Below, in pieces: positions 21,836 to 35,429 of a stretch of DNA of 64,000 bases. The DNA comes from Leptogorgia sarmentosa (Eukaryota): the NCBI GenBank assembly GCA_964658305.1, contig OZ210885.1, forward strand, positions 24,986,001-25,050,000, in the 5' to 3' direction. The translations under genes and the position numbers were made by a program. Each line of letters opens with the position of its first letter. Positions within the stretch are counted from its first letter, which is position 1. The notes beneath the pieces are model-generated. The model was not told where the DNA came from and did no database searches. It saw only the letters and a list, made by a program, of their open reading frames with translations.

Positions 21836-24800
21836 GGGTCATTCCAAGCCAAAGCGACCAACCTTCCCGCACGCCCGTAACAGATTCAACTAAAATTTGG
21901 CACACACGTAGAGTATAGCATAGTTAGAATCTGTGTGGATTTTAACTTGATAATACGTAGTATTTCAAAAGATATAAGCAAATTACTGCGAACCTGACAG
22001 GAGCGGATGTCGCCAATTTGACAGAATTGCGTAATTACCGAGCAGTTCGTTTCTAAATATTTCGTGAACTGCTGCACATATTTCAACGAAAATTTGAACA
22101 CAAATACAACTAACATTGCTTTCTGGCGTTTACGGGTCTGTTTTAACAGGCAGTGAAAATTTACGAAAATAACGCGAGATCAACAAAGGTCCAAAAATGA
22201 CAAAACTCAATTAAGAGGTAAATTCAGATTACAATATTTCTGTAGATATGAGTTCAGAAACGTTTATATCACACAAGCCGAGTAGTATATCTTTAAAGAA
22301 TTATCAGTAGCAATTGCAGCGTGATATAACAAGTTGGACGTAAAATATCGACGTTTGTTATATGAAACATTGCAAGAATTTTTGAAATTGCCTTGTTTTC
22401 AACAGGAGAAAAGAGTATGTGGGATTGATCGAACAGAGTCAATATTTTGGTTTTTTGAAGAACATTAATGCCTAAAACTGTGGTCAAAATTTCGTTATTG
22501 TTCTCGAAATGGTTCTATACAAGCGAGCGATCAGAAAATTGGCATTTTGCAGTAATTAAATAAATTCAGATGTAAACAAAGAAACCTGAATGTTGTACGT
22601 ATTCAGCTTGTCCGCGTGTGTGCCTACAGGAAAATATTTCATTGCTATTTACTAGTCACGACAAAAAAGTACCCTAAAAGTACAAAAAGATGTTTTCTTA
22701 CCTCTTGCATAAGCTAAAGTTCACAGCGAAAAAAAAATGACCGCAAGCAAACAAACAGAAACGCATGGTCCGAAGTTAATAATTAATCTCGCAAATGAAG
22801 TGTCAATTTCGCGCATTAAAAAAGAAAATGACTGTTTAATTACGTTGATTAAAATAGAAAGTAGGAATGAATCAAAGTAGAAGTTAAATAAAAATAACAG
22901 ATGAAAATTTGCTGTGGTTATCGAGAGATTGAAAAACTATAAGCGTGGGTGCAATTAAGTCAAGGCCTGGCTTTTGGATGGTCGCATGCGCTATCATTAT
23001 TACCTGTTCACACATGTCAAACTATTTTTAGTTGTTACAGCGCACATTACAGTATAGTCGCATGAGTCATAATTTCCTAATGCGAAACGCTTTGTTCACC
23101 TAAAATAACTTAATGACGTAAGGGATACATTTTGTTAAGACTGAGCTAGCAGTGAGTGAATAATCGAGTAAGTCAACTGAGTTCGTAAGATACTAAATCT
23201 ACCACATTGGAAAATTATTGCTGTATAATACATATTTCATACGGATGGCGAGCAAGCTTGAACCTTGTTCCATTGGTGCTTTTCTTGGCCTGACTGAAGA
23301 ATGTCACAAGACAACTTACGCAAGGAAAGTTGGGACAGTAAAATTGGCAGCGCTTCCTGCAGAAGAAGTTGATCTCCTTATGAGAAGAAGCGGTTTAAAG
23401 GCAGATAGTGAGAGCATAATCTGTTTTCATCATGAAATGCTTTATCTGCGCAAATATGAATTTTTGCAAAGATCTTGCTGCGATCCTTTTGATATGCATC
23501 CAACATCAGCGAGAAAGAAGTCCCTGCGAAGAATAGATGTTGCAAGTGCTGACAAAATAAACAAACTTGTTGGAAAAGATGTCAAGCCTGGTCAGAAGTT
23601 GTGTCCAAACTGTTCGATGTACTTTGCAAACATCGACGAAAATGTGGTTGAAGAGAATGAAGAGTATGAACCAGAACAAGAAAGTCGGGAAGAGATACAT
23701 AATCTTGCAGTCACATTTAGCTCCATTGGTTGTACTCCCGTGAAAACTAAAACGGCACAGAGAGACCGTGCGACATACGTTAAGCGGAAAATTCAAGAAG
23801 CACAGACGGCCATTAAAGTCGACGTTGCTCAACGTTTGAAAGTTAACCCGAGTGAGTTCCCGGCGTGTGAAAAGTGCGTAGACCTTGACGTAATTGTAAA
23901 AGAAATTAAAGAAAAATGCTCCACCTCAAATAAGGCAGCCACCCTGCAACTGCTCACCCTCGCGCCGTCGTCTTGGACAATAGAAAAAACTGCAAACGAG
24001 TTCGGTGTTTCTAAGTTCATGGTCAAGAAAGCACGAGCATTGAAAAAGGAAAAGGGGATTCTTCCTGATATAAGTCCAAAGAAGGCGAAAAAATTGTCAG
24101 AGGAAATAAAGAGGAAGGTCATTGAATTTTATAACGATGACGAAATGTCACGCGTTTGTCCGGGGAAAAAGGATTTCATCTCCATCGTAAGCTCTGAAGG
24201 AAAACGACAACATGTGCAAAAGCGACTCTTGCTCGCTAATTTACGTGAACTATATTTGCATTTCAAAGAAAAATCATGTGATGAAGACAACATTGGATTT
24301 TCTAAATTTTGCGAACTTCGGCCACGTTGGTGCATTACTGTTGGAGCTAAAGGAACGCATTCTGTATGCGTTTGCGAACAGCATCAGAACGTCAAGTTAC
24401 TGCTGGCTTCGCTCCCTGGTCCAAAGCTCGATCATAAATGCTTAATGGAGAAAGTTGTTTGTGATGTCAATGATAGGAATTGTATGCTTCATCGCTGTGA
24501 GGAATGTCCGGGTGCTGCCAATCTGAACGAATACCTTGAGTCTGTTTTTACGGAGCGATCAATTGACGATGAAGATGAATTAACATTCAAACAATGGACA
24601 AATACTGATGGTACACGACTTATCACACGGCAGGAGTTGGCGTATGATGTTTTGGAGGAGATTGTTTCGCAAATTAGTGGGTTAACTAACCACAGTTTCA
24701 TCGCGAAGGCCCAGGCTTCCTATCTTTCAAAGCAAAAAGAGTTCGTTAACAAAGGAACTGCGATTATTTTGCTTGATTTTTCGGAGAATTATTCGTTTCT

Positions 24801-27578
24801 TGTCCAGGATGCTGCCCAGGGTTTCTATTGGGATAACAGTCAGGCCACATTGCATCCAGTAGTTGTATATTATCGTGAGGAAGACGGGAGTCTTGGAACA
24901 ATCAGTTTCTGCGTGGTTAGTGATTATATGAAACATGACGCCACAACTGTACACATATTTATCAGCGTTATAATTGCCCAACTCAAGAAGCTAATCCCAG
25001 ATCTTTCGTTAGTGAAGTATTTTAGTGATGGAGCCTCCAGTCAGTACAAAAACTGCAAAAACTTTCTAAACTTATGCTATCATGAGGAGGATTTTGGGAT
25101 CAAGGCAGAATGGCATTTTTTTGCTACAAGCCATGGGAAAAGTCCCTGCGACGGTATTGGTGGCACCGTTAAGCGCCTTGTTGCTAGAGCTAGCCTTCAA
25201 GCTACCACAGTAAACCACATCCTCTGCGCCAAAGAACTTTTCTTATGGGCCAAAGCGAACATTTCAGGTATTGAAATGCTCTTCGTAAGCGCCGACGAAA
25301 TTGAAAGATGCGACATGGTCTTGAAGCCACGTTTGGACGCCGCCAAAACCATTGCTGGAACCAGGAGTCATCATAGTTTTGTGCCGGTTAGTTCCAACGT
25401 CCTGCAAATGCGGCGAATTTCAGCAGATCTGGAAGGAACATCCGTGAAAGTAGCATGTCCTACACAAACGCAGCAACCATTCTCTTTCACACCAGGTCAG
25501 TATGTGGCAGCTGTTTACGACAGGGTTTGGTACCTTGGAAGCGTGGTGGATGTATCACATGAGAATGAAGACGTGCTGATAAACTTTATGAGAGCCCGCA
25601 ATCCTGGCACCACAATTCATTCATTCATATGGCCTCCAAGACGAGACGAATGTTGGGTTCCCTTCGAGCACGTTTTATGTAATGTGAAACAACCGTTGCA
25701 GATTACAGAGGGACGAATCAAGCAATACAAACTCGATAGCTCAGAATTTATATAGGATATTACACGGTTGCCAGAAGATATGGATTTTATGTTCGAGTGG
25801 CAAGAACAATGTTTATTATATGGACTTATTCAGAGTGACACAAATACACAACTACTCTTTTAATGAAAACATGCAGTCTAAAACACGGCAAAATTAATGG
25901 CTTTAAAATTAGCCTTTACTAAATATAGATTATAAAATACCGCTTTATTGTAGTTTATTGTAGTATTGTAGCTTTATTGTTCGTCGCAAAACGTACTAAT
26001 ATCGTCTTTTTGGCTTAAATTCACAAACCTTGAAGTAGAAGGTAGAAGCCATTTGTAAACAGCGAAAAAGGCGGGAAGGTTATGTCACCCCTAAGCGTGA
26101 CATACGGAAAATACGCGCACCGTATCCCGGATGTAGTGGCGTATGAGTTCTACGAGTGTTTTAGTTCCCAATAAAATACTGCTGTTCATATAATAAGAGT
26201 TGGTTATGGACAGTTTTGGAAAATATATGAACAGTAACATAAATTGACAATAATGGTTATAGAGGAGATACAGTGAGATACCTAAAAATACACAGTGAGA
26301 TATTTTCCATATCTTCACTAGTGAAAATATCAAATGACGTGACCATTCCTTGCCAGTAAATTTGTTTTCAAAATGGCGACGTTTGTCTAAGAGCGGCGAA
26401 CTATATCTATAGTGGTGAAAACTCTATATGAAATCTTATTACTTTTGGCCAGTAGACGTGGCAACACGCGGATATATAAAATATTAATTCTATAGAAGAG
26501 GCGATCAGAGACCTTGCATCCTCGCAATTTAAATAGAACTATAGTAAGACAGTTTTTGGTAAATATTTAACAATCAGATTAGGAGCTTTAATTAGTTAAT
26601 GCTAAATTGGATAGACACTTGTCGGTTGTTTAATTATTAATTCCATCTCGGTGCGTTGCTCAATAGAGTATTGTTATTGAGATTGCTTTTAACTCAAATC
26701 GTTGGAACTATCTGCATTTTGGCTAGCTATGAATTAGAAAACATTTTTTTGTACTTTTAGAATACTTTTACTGTCCTAAATGTTAAATTAATATCAAAGA
26801 AATATTTTCCTGTAGACTGTACGCTACGCTCAGATCTCTTTGTTTACATTTCAATTTAATCACAGCAAAATGGCAATTTTTTATCGCTCGCTTGTATAGA
26901 ACCATTTCGAGAACAATAACGAAATTTTGACCACAGTTTTAGGCATTAATGTTCTTCAAAAAACCAAAATATTGACTCTGTTCGATCAATCCCACATACT
27001 CTTTTCTTCTGTTGAAAACAAGGCAATTTCAAAAATTCTTTCAATGTTTCATATAACAAACGTCGATATTTTACGTCCAACTTGTTATATCACGCTGCAA
27101 TTGCTACCGATAATTCTTTAAAGATATACTACTCTGCTTGTGTGATATAAACGTTTCTGAACTCATATCTACAGAAATATTGTAATCTGAATTTACCTCT
27201 TAATTGAGTTTTGTCATTTTTGAACCTTTGTTGATCTCGCGTTATTTTCGTAAATTTTCACTGCCTGTTAAAACAAACCCGTAAACGCCAGAAAGCAATG
27301 TTAGTTGTATTTGTGTTCAAATTTTCGTTGAAATATGTGCAGCAGTTCACGAAATATTTAGAAACGAACTGCTCGGTAATTACGCAATTCTATCAAATTG
27401 GCGACATCCGCTCTGGTCAGGTTCGCAGTAATTTGCTTATATCTTTTGAAATACTACGTATTATCAAGTTAAAATCCACACAGATTCTAACTATGCTATA
27501 CTCTACGTGTGTGCCAAATTTTAGCTGAATCTGTTACGGGCGTGCGGGAAGGTTGGTCGCTTTGGCTTGGAATGACCC
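21836..27578 (+). mobile_element. Sola2-type DNA transposon, apparently intact
   Basis: ~700-bp near-identical TIRs starting GGGTCATTCCAAGCC; 4-bp TSD AATT; one long internal ORF. Confidence 0.88.
23245..25755 (+). CDS. Sola2-type DDD transposase
   Basis: LLDFSENY, YFSDGASSQYKN and WHFFATSHGKSPCDGIGG motifs; uninterrupted ~836 aa from the ATG at 23245. Confidence 0.87.
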   Translation: MASKLEPCSIGAFLGLTEECHKTTYARKVGTVKLAALPAEEVDLLMRRSGLKADSESIICFHHEMLYLRKYEFLQRSCCDPFDMHPTSARKKSLRRIDVASADKINKLVGKDVKPGQKLCPNCSMYFANIDENVVEENEEYEPEQESREEIHNLAVTFSSIGCTPVKTKTAQRDRATYVKRKIQEAQTAIKVDVAQRLKVNPSEFPACEKCVDLDVIVKEIKEKCSTSNKAATLQLLTLAPSSWTIEKTANEFGVSKFMVKKARALKKEKGILPDISPKKAKKLSEEIKRKVIEFYNDDEMSRVCPGKKDFISIVSSEGKRQHVQKRLLLANLRELYLHFKEKSCDEDNIGFSKFCELRPRWCITVGAKGTHSVCVCEQHQNVKLLLASLPGPKLDHKCLMEKVVCDVNDRNCMLHRCEECPGAANLNEYLESVFTERSIDDEDELTFKQWTNTDGTRLITRQELAYDVLEEIVSQISGLTNHSFIAKAQASYLSKQKEFVNKGTAIILLDFSENYSFLVQDAAQGFYWDNSQATLHPVVVYYREEDGSLGTISFCVVSDYMKHDATTVHIFISVIIAQLKKLIPDLSLVKYFSDGASSQYKNCKNFLNLCYHEEDFGIKAEWHFFATSHGKSPCDGIGGTVKRLVARASLQATTVNHILCAKELFLWAKANISGIEMLFVSADEIERCDMVLKPRLDAAKTIAGTRSHHSFVPVSSNVLQMRRISADLEGTSVKVACPTQTQQPFSFTPGQYVAAVYDRVWYLGSVVDVSHENEDVLINFMRARNPGTTIHSFIWPPRRDECWVPFEHVLCNVKQPLQITEGRIKQYKLDSSEFI

Positions 27579-27875
27579 AATTAAGACAACAATATCTCAA
27601 ACAATATAGCTTCTAGAATGACTGGACAATATACTGAAGTATTCTGACCTTTAACAAAACTTTCCTTGGCGAGAACGTGGCAGCTTGTAATGACTTAAAC
27701 AAGATTTATAACCGTTTCGAGTAAGTTCCGGTTAGTTAAAACATAATATTAATCGATCCAAACAGCTAGTATCCCAAATAGTAATGATTTCTTCCTGGTT
27801 TGCTGTGATGAAGAGAATTATTCACCTAAAATCTTCAGGGGTTGCATTTTGAAATTATTTGAACTAATAACTAGT

Positions 27876-28770
27876 CTATTTATTACAGTCACATGCAAGA
27901 ATAAGCTCATCAAGGGCTTCGATGTACTCTTTCTTTCTTTTGTTGTTGAAATCCTCTGTTGGGATATCGAAAAACTCACAGATGGTATTGAGCATAGCTA
28001 TACTCAGTTGTGTCAATCGATTTCCCTTGGCCATGGCGCAGAGATGAAGATTGTCATAACTAATGGGGTGACAAAGCCCAACTTTTTCGATAATCTCTTG
28101 GCGGAGTTCTTCATACGTCTTCTCTTTTTGTGCTGCTACTTGCTCTTCCTCGCTGTATTCTGTGTTTCTTACTTTCGCAGCCGTGCGCGAAAAGAAAGAC
28201 TGTACTTGCTGTGGACTTAGGTATTCGTCACTGGAAAAGAGCTTGGTGCCATCTGGTTTGTGGGCAAATCTCATGTCACGAGAGACAGCATTTGGATCTT
28301 GCTTTTGACCGCTGACTTGACCAATGTTGAATTTATCTTCCAAGTACTGTCTCTGAGCGTCACTGAAGCGAGCGGCCTTTCGATTTGCTTTTAAAGCCCA
28401 TCCTTCAGGAAAAGATGTAGTGGCAGACGTTTTGTTTTGTTGGGCAGATGACGATGAGATCACGCTTTTGCTGCCATCGGTCAGTAGAACATGGTACTGT
28501 TTCATTGCTGAGTCCAGAAGGGAGTCCCGTTCAGGCATCAATTTACACTGTCCAAATGAAAGGTGTTTTCCGAGACTAGAGTGGCGCTGATACATCTTCA
28601 CACACCCGTCATTTGGACAACCAAGAAGCTCACCGCCTGCATAGGAATTTTCCTGTTATGTCACTTTAGCCTGCTGGTCTCTCGCTTTGGAAGAACTTTC
28701 CTTTGAAATGCTGAAAAAGTTGCCAGTGGAGAAGTTGCTTTGGAATGAGCAAGTTTTCAGGTAGTCTGGA
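27876..28770 (-). pseudogene. Sola3-like transposase C-terminal fragment
   Basis: CP.DGC.K.Y....L..H...G.C zinc finger, GWALK, RFS..Q..YL...F..G...G.K.DP and YLS.QQV.SFFSR; 5'-truncated. Confidence 0.65.
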
Positions 28771-29056
28771 ACTGAAGGGTGGAAAAAAGATAGCCTCTTA
28801 GCGTTTGGTATAAAAAAACAATGATAAAAAACGTAATGAAAAAGATAGGAGGGACCCTTATCCAAAATAAAAACCTGCTCGCGACTTACTTTTCGAGGTA
28901 TTTAGAGAACAAAATATGTATCAAACTGGGGGTATCGGTTGTTCGATCTTGCATGCAATTTCAGTCCTATATTGACTACAAGGACAGATTAGTTTGCACT
29001 AGATGTCTTCAAATTAGGGTTGAACGGTCTACCTCTCCGGCGGGATCATGACTAAA

Positions 29057-29227
29057 AGTACACACGAGTACATACGAGTAACATACAAGTACATACGAGT
29101 AACACACGAGTACATACGAGTAACACACGAGTACATACGAGTAACACACGAGTACATACGACTAACATACGAGTACATACGACTAGCATACGAGTACATA
29201 CGACTAACATACGAGTACATACGAGTG
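29057..29227. repeat. 21-bp tandem repeat (GAGTACATACGAGTAACACAC)n, about 8 copies
   Basis: Directly visible; probably subterminal repeats of the adjacent DNA transposon. Confidence 0.9.
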
Positions 29228-29495
29228 CTTTTTCACCAATTTTGCTTTTATTTTTACTTAACTTCATTTCCAGTTGATAAATCTTGAATATTACTAATAA
29301 TTAGTTATGCAATTCTTGCTAGCCCTCCACTAAAGCCCATACCTCATTGACTGAGTCTACTGAGACGGATATCAGGCGACAATATTTTGCGATGTTTCGC
29401 CGGGACTCAATGCCGGGACTTCACTCCGGGCCCTAGCCCTAGGTCCAGCTCAGCAAAGAAAGATAATTCAAGCCGATCTATTTGGCGGTCGAGAC

Positions 29496-31381
29496 ATGGG
29501 AGACGACGGTTGTTTGTATGATTGTGAAAGCGAGGAAGAATTTGATCTGAAATCCGAAGCGTTCAAAACGAAGTGGGATAAAATTGAGAGATGTTCTACA
29601 AAGAACAACCCGCCAAAATTTACAAAATATTTTGAGCGCTACAAAGAGAAACAAATAAAGGAAAAGATGGCGAAATACATCCGCGACCGTGCAGGGGTTC
29701 CAAGAGGATTTGGTCAAAACCCAATCGAATGGTTGCATTACATGTCAAAGAATGAGATCGACGCTGCATGTGGTGTCGGGCATAGAGATGTCAGTCTGGC
29801 AACAGCTATTCAGAGCCTTAAGGACAGGGTTCTATGTCTGTATAATGATGCTGCTAAAGCTTTATATGGACAAGGGCCATACAGGCTGGATAATTACTAC
29901 AAGAAGTTTTATCTTGATTACGATAGCTGGAAAGACTTGAATCCAGAAGAAAGGAAACCGGTGCTCAAGCGGTTCTTCACCGATGTCTGTTGTCCAATTG
30001 TCATGGCAACCACCAACCAACGAAACGCTGCCACATCACGCTCTACTGACAAGAGAGAAACGAATGGCAGCGAAATTCCAGCAGCATCACCTTCCATGGC
30101 GCTGAAAGAATTTAGGCGTTTTTCCTTGACCACTGAAGAGTTTGATATACCTGACGAAGTAATCCCTTCCACGACATTGAGAGGCATGCTTGTGAATGCT
30201 GAAGCCCTCTTAAATGAATCAGGTGCGATTTTACAAGCAGCATCAGACGATCCAAGGATCAGAACGGTGAAAAGCAGATGCGGCAAAGTGCCACTCATAG
30301 TGGAGCCATCAAAATCTGGCCATCAACTAGAGTGCCAGTGCAGTGTTTACAAGGCCGTTGGCTTGTGCCAGGATACCATAGCTGTGGCTGAAGATCTTAG
30401 TTGTCTTCCAACTTACGTCGCACAGTTTAAGAAGAAACTTCAAAGAAAAAAAGGTAAAGGTGTCAACCTGGCAGTTGCATTTAACAGCAGGAGAACAACG
30501 AAAGAATGTGGAATGAAACCCTACGAAATCAACAAGGCCAACAGGCGTAGGAAGAGACCAGTGGTGGAATCATGGCAGCTGGCCCAACATCCAGAATCTC
30601 ATAGTAACAATTATAATACTTCAACATCGTGCCCTCAAAGATCACCAACCGCGACGATTAGAATGCCTATGGCGTTCAACAACCCGCAGCAAACAACAAC
30701 AGTACCACCTCAACAGCAACAACCATGGCCTGGTACAACTTCCTATAATGCATCCCCACAAAAACGTCTTTCCGGAGTCTATGACTACAGTCTTGCAACA
30801 AATGAGCTACAGCCATGTATCTCAGCGTGACCCACAGCTACGACAACAACAACAGCAACAACCTGGTCCACCCTGCTCTACTGAACACGTCCAGCGTCAA
30901 CAAAGTTACCTTGTTCCGTCTTTACAACGATCATTGTTGCAACAAACTCAACAAGATGTAACTGATGTTCCACGAGAGCAGCGCCAGTGCCTTGCAGCGT
31001 CTGTTGTACCATCCCAGCAGCACGTGTCCGGCACGACTTCACCATTCTGGTTTGTCTCCTTACCAGTACGAAATATGTCTTCTTCCAAATATGGCAAAGA
31101 AATGTTATGGTTGTAACCAAGAATTCGCAGAAAAATACCGTAGAGAGCCATTTAACGTCGTCATCAGACACACAGATAGGCGCATCAAGGGTATAGGACC
31201 TGATAAAACCATCCAATACAGTACGGATTTCACAAACAGGTACTACCACTGTGACGCGAACCACATAGCCAGAAAGAATCCATTGTTTGATAGCAACCTC
31301 TACTTGGATGCAAAACTGAGCCTGACGCCTGAACAACAAATGGTGATCTTAAATGGGGGATTTCGTGTTACACTTCAGTAA
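29496..31381 (+). pseudogene. MULE/SWIM-type transposase C-terminal portion with Q-rich linker and terminal Cys/His finger
   Basis: QNPIEWLH, LYGQGPYRL, SWIM-like CQC..YKAVGLC.D, then KKCYGC...YYHC; frameshifts in the Q-rich segment. Confidence 0.55.
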
Positions 31382-31390
31382 AATGTACTA

Positions 31391-32164
31391 CAGGGTGTAT
31401 CAAAAAAAAGTTTACTGATGAAAAACATTCTGTAAACTAACGAGCGCACAAAATTTCCAAAAACTTTCGGTTAGCATGGGTAGTTTAACACCCTCTGGTA
31501 TATCTAGCACTAAGTTTATTTTAAAAACAAACTTTTTTAGAATGGGAAATGTGGTTAAAAATGTGTTCATTAAAAACGGCTTGCGCGGAAAAAATACGTT
31601 TTCTTCACACAATTTGATTTAATCGGATGAAAATATGGAGTATGATATACAAGCTATTCAAGTTTTGAGAAATTTGGTGCACGCTGAGACGAACGCGCGA
31701 TGTCCGAAAACTGGATTTTCCGCAATTTCTTCGCGTAATTTCGGACCTTTGGGAATTAGCTTGCAATTTGCATTGGTAATTAATGCAAATATCCAATTAT
31801 GCATAAATTAATCGGTAATCACGCAGGAAAGAACGCAAAATCCAGTTTTCGGACATCGCGCGTTCGTCTCAGCATGCACCAAATTTCTCAAAACTTGAAT
31901 AGCTTGTATATCATACTCCATATTTTCATCCGATTAAATCAAATTGTGTGAAGAAAACGTATTTTTTCCGCGCAAGCCGTTTTTAATGAACACATTTTAA
32001 CCACATTTCCCATTCTAAAAAAGTTTGTTTTTAAAATAAACTTAGTGCTAGATATACCAGAGGGTGTTAAACTACCCAGGCTAACCGAAAGTTTTTGGAA
32101 ATTTTGTGCGCTCGTTAGTTTACAGAATGTTTTTCATCAGTAAACTTTTTTTTGATACACCCTG
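31391..32164. mobile_element. Foldback element copy 2 (same family as 12212-12985), TA TSD
   Basis: CAGGGTGTATCAAAAAAAAG...TTTTTTTGATACACCCTG; colinear with copy 1. Confidence 0.93.
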
Positions 32165-33140
32165 TATAGTGCAGAACATTATATATTATATATCTGTATA
32201 TTATTATGGTCAATAAAAATATCTTACTCACTGGTCTCAATATTTAATGTTACACGGAAAGCACCGATCAATGAATGTTAAACAGGGTTGTATAATAATT
32301 CCAGTTGATTGAGCTATTTAATCGTCTATTGGCCGTGTAAGAAAAAATAAAAAAAGTCTTTGCTTAAAACGTTATTTTTGCTAAAATCAGATAACTCGCG
32401 CCATATGCTTATTGTCTATTAACACGCGACATATACCGTATATGTAGTCAACTCAATTTTGCCTTGATTACTGTCTCATGACATGCAGACTTAGGGCCCC
32501 TCAGCCTCGTTGCCCAATTCTTAATTCTGTGTGCTGGATATGTAATATATTTGACCGAGCAGTTAGTCTATAGTAAGGTAGAAATCGTAGAGTTCCTAGT
32601 GGAAAAAATAAAAACTTTATCTATTTATTTATTTATTCGACTTTGCAAAAAAAACATGTTCATGTTAACAATGATAACAAATTTACAGACAATTAAATGG
32701 CCGGGACACCACAACATAAAACCAATTACTGTGGGCCTTTGACATTAATATGCTACATTTTATTGATATTTTACAATATCAAACTAAACACGACAATTAC
32801 ATTTCAGACAAATAGTCTTCCATGTTCTTGCATTGTCCTCATCGAAAGTTGAAAGTAAAGAGGTTGTGTAGTAGTTTATCTTACTTAATATTATATAACT
32901 ATATCAATTATTAGACTTAGTCTTAGTCTGTTTTGTAGCAAGCGCGAGACAAAACAAACGAAATCATATATACTGTAGTTTGAAGTATTCTGTTTTGAAC
33001 CTACACGCATACCGATCATACACTTGAGCGTCCATGCAAATGCTGCATGATATATTTATAGTGTATATAAATATATTATTATAATATGGTTTTGAAAAGA
33101 GTAAATTTGGTTTTTTGAAAGCCACATTTTTCACAAACAA

Positions 33141-34047
33141 TCACAAAGCACAGTTGGCAACGTGTGGTATTAGCGGAGCTCTTACGCCGAAGCCTTGGTT
33201 GGGCATAATGATTGTGATTTGAATTTCGCGCTTTTTTATGTATTTGTTTTTTGGAAGTGACGCAATGTATGACGTGTCATGCTCTGATTGGTTGTTTCTG
33301 TTGGTGCGCTGTGATTGGTTGTTTTTTCTAGTTTGCCTGTTTTTAGGGTGTTTTTGGGTTTTTGCAGGTTTTTCCGGAAGTGTTTTGTTTTTTTGCGGTG
33401 GCGGACAATGATTGGTTGAGTAATTTGATGTGTCAGTTGTGGCTTTTTTGTGCTTTTTGCATGATTTTCGCCACAATTCAAAGTAATTCAAAGTCTTTTG
33501 CAAATATTTGAACTTTATTGCGTATTTTTGCAGAAAAATATCTTCTATAGCGTCTATTCGTTGTAGTTTTTCTTTTTCTTTTTTTATTGTCTCTAGTGAC
33601 TTTTTTCATTCCTCTGTTATGTGGTCATACGCAATGAATTGTTTATCGTTTTCGCATACGATGTCGTAAGGGTATTTTGTTAGTATTGGCTTCGTTTTTT
33701 TTGGGTTCTGTCGGTCTTGACCAAGCAGTTTTAACATTTGACTGTACACCGGCGGTTCGTCTTGTTTGCTCGCGATTTTTCTCAGGGTTTCGAACGGTGT
33801 TGGCCGCCCGACTGTTTTTTTGGTTCTGTTCTTTGTTAGTTGTTCTTTTTCTTTTCCGTATATTCTCTTTTAATTTAGAGAGGTCTTTTCTAGCGATGTG
33901 TTGTCGGAGTTCGGGTAGTGTTGGAGCTGTTAGTACTTCAGGTGTTTGTGCTTGGATGGTCGGCGTTACTTTCGTTGGCGGTGTCACATTGTTGGTTAGG
34001 AGGTTGAATTGTGCACCGAAATCATCTAAGCACCAGTTCTGCGGCAA
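33141..34047 (-). pseudogene. Basic, K/N/T/Q-rich ORF fragments of unknown function
   Basis: ORFs 33643-34047 and 33141-33503 with strong strand asymmetry, likely one broken gene. Confidence 0.3.
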
Positions 34048-34619
34048 CAGAGATAGATAAGGAAATTGTATCTGTACCTGGGGTTGTTGTTGCTTCGGTT
34101 CAGGGTGTAGTACACCCTGGTTATTACACAGGTTATTACACAGGGGACAGATTGTTGGAGATTTGCTTGGTGAATGTAGTTACTGGCGTAATTGCTAGCA
34201 CTATATTTCGTTTTGTTTTTTACCCGCGATGCAGTATATATAGGGAGAGCCCACGCCGATGGGATATACCCAAAGTTGAATATTTCACAGAGTTTTATCA
34301 CACTGACGGCAACGGGAATACTGATACGTCTTACGAAGATTGTAAAGCCGCTTTTAACGAAATAGGCAGATATTTTTCCCTCAATCTTGCAGCGGATACA
34401 AACGAAATCATTCAGGATTGTTTGCAAAAGTCATCCATTTTGTTGTCGTCAAGACTTGTTGACGTGTATTTGTATAACCAAGGAATTGTTAATTTTATGT
34501 ATCAATAGCTTTTGGGCAAATGTAGATGCCGTGCGAACTTCAAAAGCAAATTGTGCAGTTGTGAGGAATTATGTCAGAATCTGCTGAACTACAAGCACAC
34601 GACAAGAATGTTGAAGTGA
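34011..34619 (+). pseudogene. Degenerate paralogue of the DEDD-like nuclease at 36609 (premature TAG at 34506)
   Basis: VASVQG...LLEICLV...FVFYP...YFTEFYH...SYED; reading past the TAG gives KCRCRANFKSKLCSCEE, compared with KCCKYHKSKFFHCAGHE at 36609. Confidence 0.5.
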
Positions 34620-35347
34620 TAAGGTGTCACTTTTTACTGTTTCAGAGGATTGACGAGAATGATAATGTTACGCTTACGTCAAAACTAGTGAAAGAGGATT
34701 TGGAATTTCACATCTACACACAGCGCATGAAAAATCGTATTCGAAAGAGAACGTACGACAACATTGGACGCACAAACTATACTCATTTCTACGTATATGG
34801 TTTGGTATGTTATGGATCATCGTGGATGTTTGTCAATGAATATAGCGTGGATGGCAAAGAGATTCATGTAACAACTACTCAATTGACATCGGAACTGCAT
34901 TGCGTATCTAGAGTAGGCTTCTGTAGTAAACCTGTTATTCAAAATGGAACGTTGGAAAAAAAATCAGTTGGTGTCAAATATTCTATCAATGATATGGGGT
35001 GTGCACATAGTTGTGACATTAGTTACTTAATGGATGCATATGAAGGTGTTGAAAATAGTACAAGGAACGTATACGAGTATCTTAGACATTACTTGTTTGA
35101 GTTTTACGTGAACTACAACAGTCATATCATTGAAAAGCACATGATCGATAGCTATGATATTTTGCAGAGGGTTTTCTATAATTGTTTGAAGTATTATGAT
35201 GTATTGGTATCCATGTATCTCATAAGACTTTTTTTTCGATGTTATTATCAGGTGCATAAGAGTTTTGAAATTATTAGTGAGAAATGTGATTGTTATCATG
35301 ATTTTCACTGTGATTGTGATGAATTAATAAATTTTAATTTTGTGTAA
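34571..35347 (+). CDS. Viral accessory protein, Cys-rich C-terminus (FCSKPVI motif)
   Basis: Intact 258-aa ORF followed by AATAAA. Confidence 0.6.
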   Translation: MSESAELQAHDKNVEVIRCHFLLFQRIDENDNVTLTSKLVKEDLEFHIYTQRMKNRIRKRTYDNIGRTNYTHFYVYGLVCYGSSWMFVNEYSVDGKEIHVTTTQLTSELHCVSRVGFCSKPVIQNGTLEKKSVGVKYSINDMGCAHSCDISYLMDAYEGVENSTRNVYEYLRHYLFEFYVNYNSHIIEKHMIDSYDILQRVFYNCLKYYDVLVSMYLIRLFFRCYYQVHKSFEIISEKCDCYHDFHCDCDELINFNFV

Positions 35348-35429
35348 ATAAATAATAAAAAGGCAAAAATAAAATTATTGTTGTTACTTTAATGAGAGCA
35401 CTTTCACTTTGTCGTTATTTATTGAAAAC

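Noticed and set aside
21886..27528. Duplicated small genes (21886/27298 and 22293/26927)
   Set aside because: Chance ORFs mirrored in the Sola2 TIRs.
29029..29287. CRISPR array or repeat-protein ORFs on both strands
   Set aside because: Head-to-tail 21-bp minisatellite; the ORFs are by-products of a stop-free repeat.
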